A DNA stretch of 64,000 nt, from positions 1 to 64,000 of the forward strand of contig NIVC01003910.1 of assembly GCA_002269645.1 (NCBI GenBank), written 5' to 3'. This DNA is from Macrostomum lignano (lineage: Eukaryota). The position numbers and the translations under genes are program-made. Shown here piece by piece: positions 1 to 13,800 of this stretch; positions within the stretch are counted from its first letter, which is position 1; every line of letters starts with the position of its first letter. The notes beneath the pieces were generated by a model. The model ran no database searches, was not told where the DNA came from, and was given only the letters and a program-made list of their open reading frames with translations.

Positions 1-957
1 CAGCATCCACAATCCACAACCCACAATCACCAATCCGCAATCCGCAATCCAAAATCCACAATCCGCAATCCACAATCCACAACCCACAATCAACAATCCA
101 CAATCCACAATCCACAATCATCCAATCCACAAACCAAAATCCACAATCCACAATCCACAATCCACAATCCACAATCCACAATCCACAATCAACAATCCAA
201 AATCCAAAATCTACAATCAACAATCCACAATCCAATCCAACAACCCACAATCCGCAATCCACAATCCACAACCACATCAACAATCCACAATCCACAATCC
301 ACAATCAGCAATCACAAACCAAAATCCACAATCCACAATCCACAATCCACAATCCACAATCACAATCAACAATCCAATCCAAAATCTACAATCAACAATC
401 CACAATCCACAATCCACAATCAGCAATCCACAAACCAGCATCCACAATCCACAACCCACAATCCGCAATCCGCAATCCAAAATCCACAATCCGCAATCCA
501 CAATCCACAATCCACAATCAACAATCACAATCCACAATCCGCACCACAATCAGCAATCCACAACCAAAATCCACAATCCACAATCCACAATCCACAATCC
601 GCAATCCATCAGCAATCCAAACAAACCACAATCCACAATCCACAATCACACAATCCACATCCACAATCCACATCCGCAATACACAATCCACAATCAACAA
701 TCCACAATCCACAATCCACAATCCACAATCTACAATCCACAATCCGCAATACACAATCCACAATCCACAAACCAAAATCCACAATCCACAATCAACAATC
801 CACAATCCGCAATCCACAATCAGCAATCCACAAACCAAAATCCACAATCCACAATCCACAATCCGCAATACACAATCCACAATCAACAATCCACAATCCA
901 CAATCCACAATCTACAATCCACAATCCACAATCCGCAATCCACAATCCGCAATCCAC
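1..957 (+). repeat. Intronic 7-bp minisatellite (AATCCAC)n, left part
   Basis: Directly visible; variants AATCCGC, AATCAAC, AAACCAA. Confidence 0.95.
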
Positions 958-1690
958 TGTCGTAACCCGGGTCGGTTTGTGTACCCAGTCCCGAGTGTTA
1001 TACGTAATATAACAGGCGTAGTGACGCTCTGTCTAGTACTTATATGGATACAAGCTCTGCGATAACAGGTTGCTCCGTCTGGTGTTGTGACACTCCAGAG
1101 TTCGCGCTGCGGCTTGAGGTGTGCTCGAGTGCTCATACAGTGGGTATACAGTATTAAGTAGAGTACAGTTTAGTACGAGCTATATGCTCTCCCGGCGTTT
1201 TGACGCTTTGGCAAGGACTCCCTGAAGTCTAACAAGCTCCACAGAAAAGAGTGAACTCAAGCAGGCGGCTTACCACTGGCCAAAGTACTGTTCGCACGTT
1301 TATTGATTTTGCAGTCTCACAAGTCTCACTTGCAATCTTGGAGCGCAAAAAACAAACGAAGGGCGTGGCAAAACCCAGAGTCACGCAATAAATACCAACA
1401 AAACCCTGGGGCAGACGGCCCCACCGGCTAAGCCCACAAAACGAGCAAATCAGAGAAATAGAGACTGGCCGCGCCGGGCAGCCAAGCACAACCCGCCAAG
1501 GGGGGGGGCGCAACCGCGCCAAAGCCGGCCCGGCCGCAGCCAATCAGCGCTGAGCACGGGGCAGGGGCACGGCTGGGGAGGGACACGCGCAAAGCCCGGC
1601 CGCCGGCCAGACCCTGCCACACCCGCCAACCCCCCTAGCCAGCCCCAAAGTGCAACGCGCCCTGCCAACAGACAAGGCGCATGCACTACA
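958..1690. mobile_element. Probable solo LTR (733 bp) inserted in the 7-bp array
   Basis: Unique sequence with TGT...ACA ends and a short imperfect IR (TGTCGT / ACTACA). CCAC direct repeat at 954-957 and 1691-1694. The same array resumes on both sides. No coding capacity. Confidence 0.65.
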
Positions 1691-1835
1691 CCACAATCCA
1701 CAATCCGCAATCCAAAAACCACAATACACAATCCGCAATCCAAAAAACCACAATCAACAATCCACAACCCACAATACACAATCCGCAATCCAAAAACCAC
1801 AATCAACAATACACAATCCGCAATCCGCAATCCAC
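1691..1835 (+). repeat. (AATCCAC)n array, right part, ending just before acceptor 1846
   Basis: Same unit as 1-957. Confidence 0.9.
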
Positions 1836-1846
1836 ATCCGCCGCAG

Positions 1847-4800
1847 AGTGCAACTGCCACGGCCACAGCCAGACCTGCATCTTCAACCCGGAGGTGGCCC
1901 GCAAGCGGCTCTCCATGGACCTCGACGGCATCTACGAGGGCGGCGGCGTCTGCGCCAACTGCAGCGACAACACGACCGGCCTGAACTGCCGCTCCTGCAT
2001 CCCGGGCTTCTTCCACCCATGGGGCCGGGCGTGGAACCGCACCGACTCCTGCGTCAGTGAGTGGCCGCACAATGAGATCCCTTTGGGAATGCAGCTCGAA
2101 TGCCAAGTTCGATTCCGTTAGATGAGGGCCATCCCTGAGGCACAGAGATGTACATGCCTGACGATAAGAAAGTCAGGGCACTGTACACCCTGTGTGAGGC
2201 CTCATCGTCGCAAATTGTGCTTTGCTGTTTTTGGTTCGCGGCTCTGGGGCAAACTTTTCATGAAGTGCCTCCCGAAAAACCTGCTCCCGCAGAGTGCAAC
2301 TGCAGCACGCAGATCTCCAGCGGCGAGTGCAAGGATGGCTACGGCGAGTGCCTGTGCAAGAAGAACTTCACCGGGCTTAACTGCGAGCTGTGAGATTTCA
2401 ACTGTACTTTTGATTTTCCCCTCAACTGTACTTTTTTGATCCGCACTTCAACTGCACTTTTTATCTGCCCTTCAACTGTACTTTTGATCTGCCCTTCAAC
2501 TGTCCCCTGCAAGCCCCGCCAATTTTACAACCCCGGGATTTCCCGCCCCCGTCCAGCTGCGCCGCCGGCTACACGAACCCGCCGGCCTGCGAACCCTGCG
2601 ACTGCAACCCGGTCGGCACTGTGGCCGGCCGCTGCGACTCCGCCGACGGCCGCTGCGCGTGCAGGCCGACGTTCGGCGGCGACAAATGCGACACCTGCGC
2701 TGACGGATTCACCGGCTTCCCCGACTGCCAGAGTGAGTCACCGACTCACTCTGCACTTTTATTTGGAGCTTTTTGGCAACTTGATAAGAGTTGGTACATA
2801 GTATTACACAATGAGTCACACCGAATGGTGCACAATGCGCCACTCCTAGTAACACTCAGGCAAGCACATTCAATGAGTCCTTCAGGAAAGCACACAATGA
2901 GTGACTCAAGCAAGCACACAATGAGTCACTTAGGCAAGCACATAATGAGTCCCTTCAGAATAGGACACAATGAGTCACTCAGGCTAGCGTACAATTAATT
3001 ACTTAGGCAAGCACACAATGAGTCCCTCATGCAAGCACACAATGAGCCTCAGACTAGCACACAATGAGACACTCAAGCAAGCACACAATGAGTCACTCAG
3101 GCAAGCACACAATGAGTCACTCAGGCAAGCACACAATGAGTCACTCAGGCTAGCATACAATGAGTCACTGAGTCACCCTGAGTCACACGCGCACCTGCTG
3201 CAGAGTGCAACTGCTCTCTCAACGGGGCCACAAGCGAAGTCTGCGACCCCGACAGCGGCTCGTGCGACTGCAAGCCGGGCTACACGGGGCCGCTGTGCGA
3301 CCAGTGCGACACCGGCTTCTTCATGTACCGCGGCAGCTGCTTCAGTGAGTGCGGCCTGGGCTGGGGGATAGGACGGTGCAAGTAAATTCAATAAAGTGCA
3401 GATAAGATTCGGTAAAGTGCAGACAAAATTCAGTAAAGTGCAGACAAGATTCGGTAAAGTGCAGATAAGATTAGGTAAAGTGCAGACAAGATTCGGTAAA
3501 GTGCAGATAAGATTCGGTAAAGTGCAGACAAGATTCGGTAAAGTGCAGATAAGATTCGGTAAAGTGCAGACAAGATTCGGTAAAGTGCAGATAAGATTCG
3601 GTAAAGTGCAGACAAGATTCGGTAAAGTGCAGACAAGATTCGGTAAAGTGCAGACAAGATTCGGTAAAGTGCAAACAAGATTCGGTAAAGGGCAGATAAG
3701 ATTCGGTAAAGTGCAGATAAGATTTGGTAAAGGGCAGATAAGATTCGGTAAAGTGCAGATAAGATTCGGTAAAGTGCAGACAAGATTCGGTAAAGTGCAG
3801 ATAAGATTCGGTAAAGTGCAGACAAGATTCGGTAAAGTGCAGATAAGATTCGGTAAAGGGCAGATAAGATTCGGTAAAGGGCAGATAAGATTCAGAAACA
3901 TATCGGGTGAGATTCAGTAACTTTCGGGCCGCTCGCCCGCAGAGTGCAACTGCGACCCGGATGGCACCAACGCCTCGGTGTGCAGCGCCGCCACCGGCGC
4001 CTGCTTCTGCGAGCCCAGCTTCGGCGGGCCGCAGTGCTCCGAGTGCGGGCACGGCCGCTGGGGCTTCCCGAACTGCACCGGCTGCAGCTGCAACCCGGCC
4101 GGCTCCGACCGGACCGCCGGCTGCGACCCGACAACGGCCGCTGCTTCTGTCACCAGGGCTACGCCGGGCGGGACTGCTCCCGCTGCGCCCGGGCTTCACG
4201 CTGCTGCGTGACCATGGCAACGGCACGGTGGAGTGCCAGCCCTGCCGGTGCAGCGCCGCCGGCAGCGAAGCCGGGAGCGCCTGCGACCCGCTGACCGGCA
4301 AGTGTCGCTGCCGAGCCCGCGTGCGCGGCGCCAACTGCGACTCCTGCCGGATCGGCTACCGGAACTTCCCGCTGTGCGAGCGTGAGTGCGGCTGTTTACT
4401 GCTGTGTTTATGGGGGCTTGCGGCTGTTTACTGCTGTGTTTATGGGGGCTTGCGGCAGTTTACTGCTGTGTTTATGGGGAGTGCGGCTGTTTACTGCTGT
4501 GTTTATGGGGGCTTGCGGCTGTTTACTGCTGTGTTTATGGGGGCTTGCGGCTGTTTACTGCTGTGTTTATGGGGGCTTGCGCCTGTTTACTGCTGTGTTT
4601 ATGGGGGCTTGCGCCTGTTTACTGCTGTGTTTATGGGGGCTTGCGGCTGTTTACTGCTGTGTTTATGGGGGCTTGCGCCTGTTTACTGCTGTGTTTATGG
4701 GGAGTGCGGCTGTTCGCTGCTGTGTTTATGGGGGCTTGCGGCTGTTTACTGCTGTGTTTATGGGGGCTTGCGGCTGCTTACTGCTGTGTTTATGGGGGCT

Positions 4801-7800
4801 TGCGCCTGTTTACTGCTGTGTTTATGGGGGCTTGCGGCTGTTTACTGCTGTGTTTATGGGGGCTTGCGCCTGTTTACTGCTGTGTTTATGGGGAGTGCGG
4901 CTGTTCGCTGCTGTGTTTATGGGGAGTGCGGCTGTTCGCTGCTGTGTTTATGGGGGCTTGCGGCTGTTTACTGCTGTGTTTATGGGGGCTTGCGGCTGTT
5001 TACTGCTGTGTTTATGGGGGCTTGCGCCTGTTTACTGCTGTGTTTATGGGGGCTTGCGCCTGTTTACTGCTGTGTTTATGGGGGCTTGCGCCTGTTTACT
5101 GCTGTGTTTATGGGGGCTTGCGGCTGTTTACTGCTGTGTTTATGGGGGCTTGCGCCTGTTTACTGCTGTGTTTATGGGGAGTGCGGCTGTTCGCTGCTGT
5201 GTTTATGGGGAGTGCGGCTGTTCGCTGCTGTGTTTATGGGGGCTTGCGGCTGTTTACTGCTGTGTTTATGGGGGCTTGCGGCTGTTTACTGCTGTGTTTA
5301 TGGGGGCTTGCGCCTGTTTACTGCTGTGTTTATGGGGGCTTGCGCCTGTTTACTGCTGTGTTTATGGGGGCTTGCGCCTGTTTACTGCTGTGTTTATGGG
5401 GGCTTGCGCCTGTTTACTGCTGTGTTTATGGGGGCTTGCGGCTGTTTACTGCTGTGTTTATGGGGGCTTGCGGCTGTTTACTGCTGTGTTTATGGGGAGT
5501 GCGGCTGTTCGCTGCTGTGTTTATGGGGAGTGCGGCTGTTCGCTGCTGTGTTTATGGGGGCTTGCGGCTGTTTACTGCTGTGTTTATGGGGGCTTGCGGC
5601 TGTTTACTGCTGTGTTTATGGGGGCTTGCGCCTGTTTACTGCTGTGTTTATGGGGGCTTGCGGCTGTTTACTGCTGTGTTTATGGGGGCTTGCGCCTGTT
5701 TACTGCTGTGTTTATGGGGGCTTGCGCCTGTTTACTGCTGTTTTTAAGGGGGTTTTGTGTTTATAGCAGCAGCTCACATGACAGCCGCCGCTTCCCTTCA
5801 GCCTGCGCCTGCGACACCCGCGGCTCGAAGGTGTTCCCGAAGTTCCCCAACGGCCTGTGCATTCAGAACTCGCCCAAACCCTGCATCTGCAAGCCCAACG
5901 CCGTTGGCCCCCGCTGCCAGCGCTGCCGACCCGGCTTCTGGGACCTCAGCAGCGACAATCCGGAGGGCTGCCAGAGCTGCAACTGCACGGCTGAGGGCGT
6001 GGCCGGCGAGCTGGCCGACTGCGACTTGGAGACTGGGCGGTGAGGCACCCGAACACCAATCAGACACACCCGGACACCAATCAGCCACGCCCGGACACCA
6101 ATCAGACACACCCGGACATCAATCAGATGCACCCGAACACCAATCAGCCACACCCGGACACCAACCAGACACACTCAGACACCAATCAGACACACCCAGA
6201 CACCAATCAGACACACCCGGACACCAATCAGACACACCCGGACACCAACCAGACACACCCGGACACCAATAAGACACACCCGGACACCAATCAGACACAC
6301 CCGGACACCAATCGGACACACCTGGACACCAATCAGACACATCCGGACACCAATCAGACACACCCGGACACCAACCAGACACACCCGGACACCAATAAGA
6401 CACACCCGGACACCAATCAGACACACCCGGACACCAATCGGACACACCTGGACACCAATCAGACACACCTGGACACCCATCAGATGCAATAATCACCGCT
6501 GCACTCAAACGCCCCGTCCACCCGCGCTCCCCCGCTGTCAGCTGCACCTGCAAGCCGCTGGCTGTGGGCTCCGGCTGCTCCCGCTGCCCCAGCGGCTCCC
6601 GGGACCTGGCGGCCGGCCGCTGGCTCGGCTGCCTGCCCTGCGGCTGCGACACCGCCGGCTCCCTCGGCCCGAACTGCGTCGCCGCGCCCGACGGCGTCGG
6701 CAGCGTCTGCGCCTGCCTAAACGACTCGGTGGCTGGCCGCCTGTGCGACCGGCCAGCGTCCGAGCACTTCTGGCCGGGCCTCGGACAGCACCGAATCGAG
6801 CTCGAGACCTCCGCTCGAATCCCATCGTCGCCGGCCGACGCCCCCAACGGCGCCAACGGGACGGCGCCGCAGCTGCGCTACGCCTTCAACGCAACGCAGT
6901 TCCCCGGCTTCTCCTACCTCGGCTACGTGCCGCTCGACAAGCCGCAGCCTGCCGTGGAGCTCGAACTCGCGACCGTCAGCCCAGGGCCGGGGCCGCAGCG
7001 CCTCGCCATCCGCTACCTGGCGGCCGGCTTCCAGCCCGCCGGTGCCAACGACACCGCCGCCGGTTTTGCCCTGCGTGTGTCCGCGGTCGGCGGCCGGCAG
7101 CTGGCCAGCGTGCCCGTCGGAGCTCCCGCCGATGCCGGCGCCGCCTCCACGGCCACCGTGGAGCTGCCGGACGCCGGGAACCTCACTCTGCGGCTGGAGC
7201 TGGCCGACCCCGACGGCCGCCTCGCCCAGGAGGCGCTGCTGATCGACTGGCTGGAGCTGACGCCGGCCGAGCTGCTGACCGGCCAGGCCTGCGCGGCCGT
7301 CAGCCCGCCGCCCTGCCCGAGTTCAGCCGCCAACGACTTCGTTGTCTGCTCGGAGTTCGAGCTGCCCATGCTGGACGACAAGTTCAGGCTGGTGAGGCTG
7401 CACAGGGTTCGATAGGGTGCTTTCAGAACCTCATAGAAACTGCACAAACTGGAAAGTAGCAAGCCCTCAGGCCGTAGCCCTCAGGCTGTAGCCCTCAGAC
7501 CGTAGCTCTCAGACAGTAGCCCTCAGACCGTAGCCCTCAGACAGTAGCCCTCAGACAGTAGCCCTCAGGCTGTAGCCCTCAGGCCGTTGCCCTCAGGCCG
7601 TAGCCCTCAGGCCGTAGCCCTCATGCTGTAGCCCTCAGGCCGTAGCCCTCAGGCCGTAGCCCTCATGCTGTAGCCCTCAGGCCGTAGCCCTCAGGCCGTA
7701 GCCCTCAGGCCGTAGCCCTCAGGCCGTAGCCCTCAGGCCGTAGTCCTCAGCCCTGAACGGTGACTAATCCTGAACATTCCCACACGCACATCCCGCAGGA

Positions 7801-10800
7801 GTCCTCAGCCGAGCAGCGGTCCCTGACGGCGGACTCGGAAGTCGTCCTGGCGCTGAGCGTTACCCGTCCTGGGGGCCGCTTCCTGCTGCTGGACTTCGTC
7901 AGCGACGGGCCCGGAGGCCACACAGTGGTCCTGCGGGTGGGCGACAACAGCCTGGAGTTCCAGCTGCCCGCCTGCCCGAACTCCAAGCCCTGCCGGCACC
8001 CCGCCAAGAGAAGCAGCGCCCCCGACCTGCCGGCAGAGCTGGCGCTGAAGGCAGCCGACACGGAGATCCGCCTGCAGCTGCTGTCTGGGCCCGGGCTCAG
8101 CCTGGTGAGGCCGCCTGTGTGACAGTGCTGTGTGACAGTGCTGTGTGACAGTGGTGTGTGACAGTGCTGAGGCTGTGGCACTACTGTGTGACAGTGCTGT
8201 GTGACAGTGGTGTGTGACAGTGGTGTGTGACAGTGCTGAGGCTATGGCACTACTGTGTGACAGTGCTGTGTGACAGTGTGATCGCACAAATCAGTTGCAG
8301 CCGCCTCCCCGCACCGCAGAGAGCCGTGTACACCATTCCGCTAAGCCGCTGGTCGCCGCGGATGCTGGAGTCCCGCATCGCCCGCTACCGCCTGCCAGAC
8401 GTCGCCGGCACCGGCCGCCCCCGCGCCGCCATCGCTCCGGCCTGGGAGGCGCCGCAGGCAGCTGCCGGCCAGCCGCGCCCAGTCGCCGATGGCGGGCAGC
8501 CGCCGCCTCCGCCGCCTCCGCCTGGGCAGCCGCTGGAGCTGTCGGCGGGCGCGGCGGCGACCGTCAGTCTCCGGTTTGCTGACTCGGCCGACTCCGCTGC
8601 CCCCACTCGCTACCGCGCCTTCGCCATGGTGCGCCAGAAAGGCTCCGGCTTTGCCGACAGGCTGCCGGTGCTCAACGTCACCCTGACGGCCCCCACAACC
8701 GAGTCCGTCCGCAGCTCCGTGGCGCTGCAGTTCTGCGCCGCCGAGGCCGGCTGCCCTGTGGACATCGGCGAGATGCTGCGGCTGCCCGGAATCAACGAAG
8801 TGACCGCCGAGATCCGGGCGGAAGGAGACGCGACTCTGCTTTTGGTGAGCGCTGCTGTCTGTCTGGGGGGGTTGCTGCTGTGTCTGTGAGGCCTGCTATG
8901 TCTGTAAGGACTGCTGTGTCTGTGAGGGTTGCTGTGTCTGTGGATGGGCTGCTGCTGTCTTTCAGTGTCTGTCCACTTCAGCTTTACTGCCACCGCCACC
9001 CTTTTGAAGTTCTCCGCCTTCCTTACAACTTCGGAGGCACCGCTGCCGCAAAGCCCTGTCCGACTGGGCGCCACGTTCCGCCAAGACTGCCTGCTGGCTG
9101 ACGAGCTGGAAGTCCGGTGAGACCTAATGACGGCAGCCAATTCTCAATGACCACATCCAATGCTCAATGACCACATCCAATGCTCAATGACCACATCCAA
9201 TGCTCAATGACCTCATCCAATGCTCAATGACCACATCCAATGCTCACTGACCACATCCAATGCTCAATGACCTCATCCAATGTTCAATGACTTCATCCAA
9301 TGTTCAATGACTTCATCCAATGTTCAATGACTTCATCCAATGTTCAATGACTTCATCCAATGTTCAATGACTTCATCCAATGTTCAATGACTTCATCCAA
9401 TGTTCAATGACTTCATCCAATGTTCAATGACTTCATCCAATGCTCAATGACCACATCCAATGCTCAATGACCACATCCAATGCTCAATGACTTCATCCAA
9501 TGCTCAATGACCACATTCAATGCTCAATGACCACATTCAATGCTCAATGACCTCATCCAATGCTCAATGACCACATCCAATGCTCAATGACCACATCCAA
9601 TGCTCAATGACTTTATCCAATGCTCAATGACCTCATCCAATGCTCAATGACCACATCCAATGCTCAATGACCACATCCAATTCTCAATGACCACATCCAA
9701 TGCTCAATGACCACATCCAATGCTCAATGACCACATCCAATGCTCAATGACCTCATCTAATGCTCAATGACCACATCCAATGCTCAATGACTTTATCCAA
9801 TGCTCAATGACCTCATCCAATGCTCAATGACCACATCCAATGCTCAATGACCACATCCAATGCTCAATGACCACATCCAATGATCAAAGACCTCATCCAA
9901 TGCTCAATGACCACATCCAATGCTCAATGACCACATCCAATGCTCAATGACCACATCCAATGCTCAATGACCTCATCAAACCTGCAGGCGCTCGGACCCG
10001 CTGTGCTCCCGCTGCCTGCAGCAGGCCAGCGTAACCTACAACAAAGGCTACAGGCCCTGCCAGTGCCACCCGCAGGGAGCCTTGAACAAGACCTGCGACC
10101 CGCTGTCTGGCCAGTGCAGTTGCCGCGGCATCACGGTTGGCCGCACCTGCGACCGATGCCCCATCGGCTACTTCAGCTTCCCGGAGTGCAAGAGTGAGCA
10201 GATGGCGAAGAGAAGTGCTCGGGAGTCTGGGAGTCAGGAGACTGGGTGTCGGATCCACTGGGTGTCAGGAGAATGGGTGTCAGGAGACTGGCTGTCAGGA
10301 CACTGGGTGTCAGGAGACTGGGTGTCAGGAGACTGGTTGTCAGGAGTCTGGATGTCAGGAGTCTGGGTGTCAGGAGACTGGCTGTCAGGACACTGGGTGT
10401 CAGGGCCCACTGGGTGTCAGAAGTGTGGCTGTCAGGAGACTGATTGTCAGGAGTCTGGGTGCCAGAAGACTAGGTGTCAGGGCCCACTGGGTGTCAGGGC
10501 CCACTGGGTGTCAGGGCCCACTGGGTGTCAGGGAGACTGGTTGTCAGGAGTCTGGATGTCAGGAGTCTGGGTGTCTGGAGACTGGTTGTCAGGACACTGG
10601 GTGTCAGGGCCCACTGGGTGTCAGGAGACTGGCTGTCAGGAGACTGATTGTCGTCAGGAGTCTGGGTGTTAGAATACTGGGTGTCAGGACACTGGGTGTC
10701 AGGACACTGGGTGTCAGGACACTGGGTGTCAGGACACTGGGTGTCAGGACACTGGGTGTCAGGACACTGGGTGTCAGGACACTGGGTGTCAGGACACTGG

Positions 10801-13800
10801 GTGTCAGGACACTGGGTGTCAGGACACTGGGTGTCAGGACACTGGGTGTCAGGACACTGGGTGTCAGGACACTGGGTGTCAGGACACTGGGTGTCAGGAC
10901 ACTGGGTGTCAGGACACTGGGTGTCAGGACACTGGGTGTCAGGACACTGGGTGTCAGGACACTGGGTGTCAGGACACTGGGTGTCAGGACACTGGGTGTC
11001 AGGGGCCACTGGCTGTGAATGTCAGATGAAGCTGTGGTTGTCAGATAAAGCTGTGGATGTCAGATGAAGCTGTGGATGTCAGATGAAGCTGTGGGTACAG
11101 CGAAATTCAACAGGCTGCATATTGAATTTCGATACATATCGGCTAACCGCCGCAGAGTGCGACTGTCCGGGCGGTCTGCTGTGCTCGGAGCCGGACGGTG
11201 AGTGCATCTGCCCCAGAAACGTGGCCGGCAAGAAGTGCGACCGTTGCGAGCCCGGAAACTACGGCTACAACGTGGTCACCGGCTGCATGGTGAGAGGCGG
11301 GGCTGCTGCCGGAGATGCCAAAGGGGGAGCAGACGCCGGGTAACGAAACTCCGCCTTCCAATTTCAGCCCTGCCGCTGCAACTCGCTTGGCACAACTAAC
11401 GGCTCGGCCGCCTGCGACCTGGTGACGGGACAGTGCAGGTGAGCGGCGAATGAAGGGGAGAATAAGATCAGAGATTGGAACAGAGACTAGAGTAGAGCAG
11501 AGACTGAAGCAGAGACCGGAGCAGAGACTACAGCAGACACTAGACCAGACACTAGAGCAGAGACTAGAGCAGAGACTAGAGCAGAGACTAGAGCAGAGAC
11601 TAGAGCAGAGACTAGAGCAGAGACTAGAGCAGAGACTAGAGCAGAGACTAGAGCAGAGACTAGAGCAGAGACTAGAGCAGAGACTAGAGCAGAGACTAGA
11701 GCAGAGACTAGAGCAGAGACCAGAGCAGACACTAGAGCAGAGTCTCCCCTGCTCCAAACCCGGCAGCTGCGGCGAGAACATCGCGGGCCAAAAGTGCAGC
11801 CACTGCAAGCGCGGCCACTTTGCCTTTCCGAGCTGCGAGAAGTGCAACTGCACCTCCGAGGGCGTCACCGAGGAGATCTGCAGCGCGGAGTCTGGCGCCT
11901 GCGCCTGCAAGGTGAGCTGCGGGGATACAGGATACACGTGGATACACACTTCTATTGTGGCCGCTTGAAGGGTAGAGTGGCGCCAAGGTGCTACAAGGGT
12001 AGAGTGGCGCCATGGCGCTACAAGGGTAAAGTGGCGCCAAGGTGCTACAAGGATAGAGTGGCGCCAAGGCGCTACAAGGGTAGAGTGGAGCCAAGGCGCT
12101 ACAAGGATAGAGTGGCGCCAAGGCGCTACAAGGGTATAGTGGCGCCAAGGTGCTACAAGGGTATAAGTGGCGCCAGAAGGCAGCAAAACCCTTAAAATGC
12201 TTAAAGCGGCTGTTCTGGTCTTTCAATTTCTTTGAAAATCCCGATTTTCTAGGAAAACGTGGCCCCGCCCACGTGCTCGAGGTGCAAGGCGGGGTTCTTC
12301 AACCTGGACCCGGCGAATCCTTCGGGCTGCACCGCCTGCTTCTGCAGCGGCCTGCCGAATGCCACCTGCACCGAGGCCGCCGCCAGGATGGTGACGGTGA
12401 GTCTCTGGGGAGACATTTTGCTTGAAAGCAGCTTTTTCTGTCACCCTGCCGGTCCCTGTCACCCTGTCTGTCACTCTCACCCTGCCTGTCACTCTCGCTC
12501 TGCCTGTCATTCTCACCTTGTCTGTCACTTTAGCCCTGTTTTTCACTCTCACCCTGCCTGTCACTCTCACCATGCCTGTCACTTTCACCCTGCCTGTCAC
12601 TCTCACCCTGTCTGTCACTCTCACCCTGCCTGTCACTCTCACCCTGTTTGTCACTCTCATCCTGTCTGTCACTCTCAAGCCACCCGTCACTCGCACTGCC
12701 TCCACCCCGGCCCCACAGCAATCGGTGAAGCGGCTGGTGCAGCCGCTGCCTTCTGGCAGCTCCGCGCCATCCCAGCAGCTGAACGACGTTCTCTTCTCGC
12801 ATCCGGCTGGTAGCAACTTCGACAGCTCGGCGAACCTGCTGATCCCCGTGGAGCGGCTGACCAACGAGACGGTGCGGCTGTATCTGGGCCGCCTGCGGCT
12901 TTCCATGCGGCTGGAGTTCGATGGGGCGCCTGCGGCTGCTGAGCTGGACAGCTTCCTCACGCTCTGGGTGAGGCTGGGAGTTGGGATAAATTTTCGGTGG
13001 GAAAACCGAGAGGAATCGAAAAATCTTCAATTGTGAATTGCAGACCAACCAGGGAGGCTCGCTGAGGCACCGCATTGTGCAGGCTGGCCGGACACCCGGC
13101 CAGGAGCTCCGAGTAGAGCTGCTGCTGCACGAGGTGAGTCTCTTGCGTCACTGGGGATTTGCTCAGGTTCTGTATCGCAAGAAAGTCGCTGGCAGTAACT
13201 AAGAGTCACTGAGAGTCACTGAGAGTCACTGAGAGTCACTGAGAGTCACTAAGAGTCACTGAGAGTCACTGAGAGTCACCGAGAATCCCTGAGAGAGTCA
13301 CTGAAAGTCACTGAGAGTCACTGAGAGTCACCGAGAATCCCTGAGAGAGTCACTGAAAGTCACTGAGAGTCACCGAGAATCCCTGAGAGAGTCACTGAAA
13401 GTCACTGAGAGTCACTGAGAATCACACAGTCACTGAGAATCACACAGTCACTGATAGTCACAGTCGCTGATAGTCACACAGTCACTGAGAGTCACTGAGA
13501 GTGAATGATAGTCACTAGGGGTCACTGAGAGTCACTGAGGGTTACTTATAGTCACTGAAAGTCTTGAGAGTCACTGAGAGACGCTGAGAGTGATTCTGGG
13601 AGAGTATCCATGACCGGCCGACGCCCGACCCCCGCAGAGTTCGTTCACCAACCAGAACGGGTCGGCGATGTCCCGCCTGCAGTTCCTGAACTTCCTGGCC
13701 CGGATGCGCCGCATCTCTTGGCCGATGGCCGTCGTTGGCAACGTGCGGGCGGTCAGGTGAGCCTCGAGCCCGCGTTAGAGCTGTCATTTTTTGAGAACTT

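Noticed and set aside
1-957. Telomeric or subtelomeric repeat
   Set aside because: The unit is AATCCAC, not TTAGGG-type; it is intronic and one of many unrelated local arrays.
4120-4200. Programmed ribosomal frameshifting or micro-introns as the cause of the laminin frame changes
   Set aside because: No slippery heptamer and no suitable GT-AG pair; two missing bases in GC runs are a simpler explanation.
277-6492. Long ORFs (up to 619 aa) such as 3907-5766, 4382-6043, 4386-5747, 3173-3901 and 277-952
   Set aside because: They are translations of intronic tandem repeats; their periodicity equals the repeat unit, and only the embedded Cys-rich parts are real exons.
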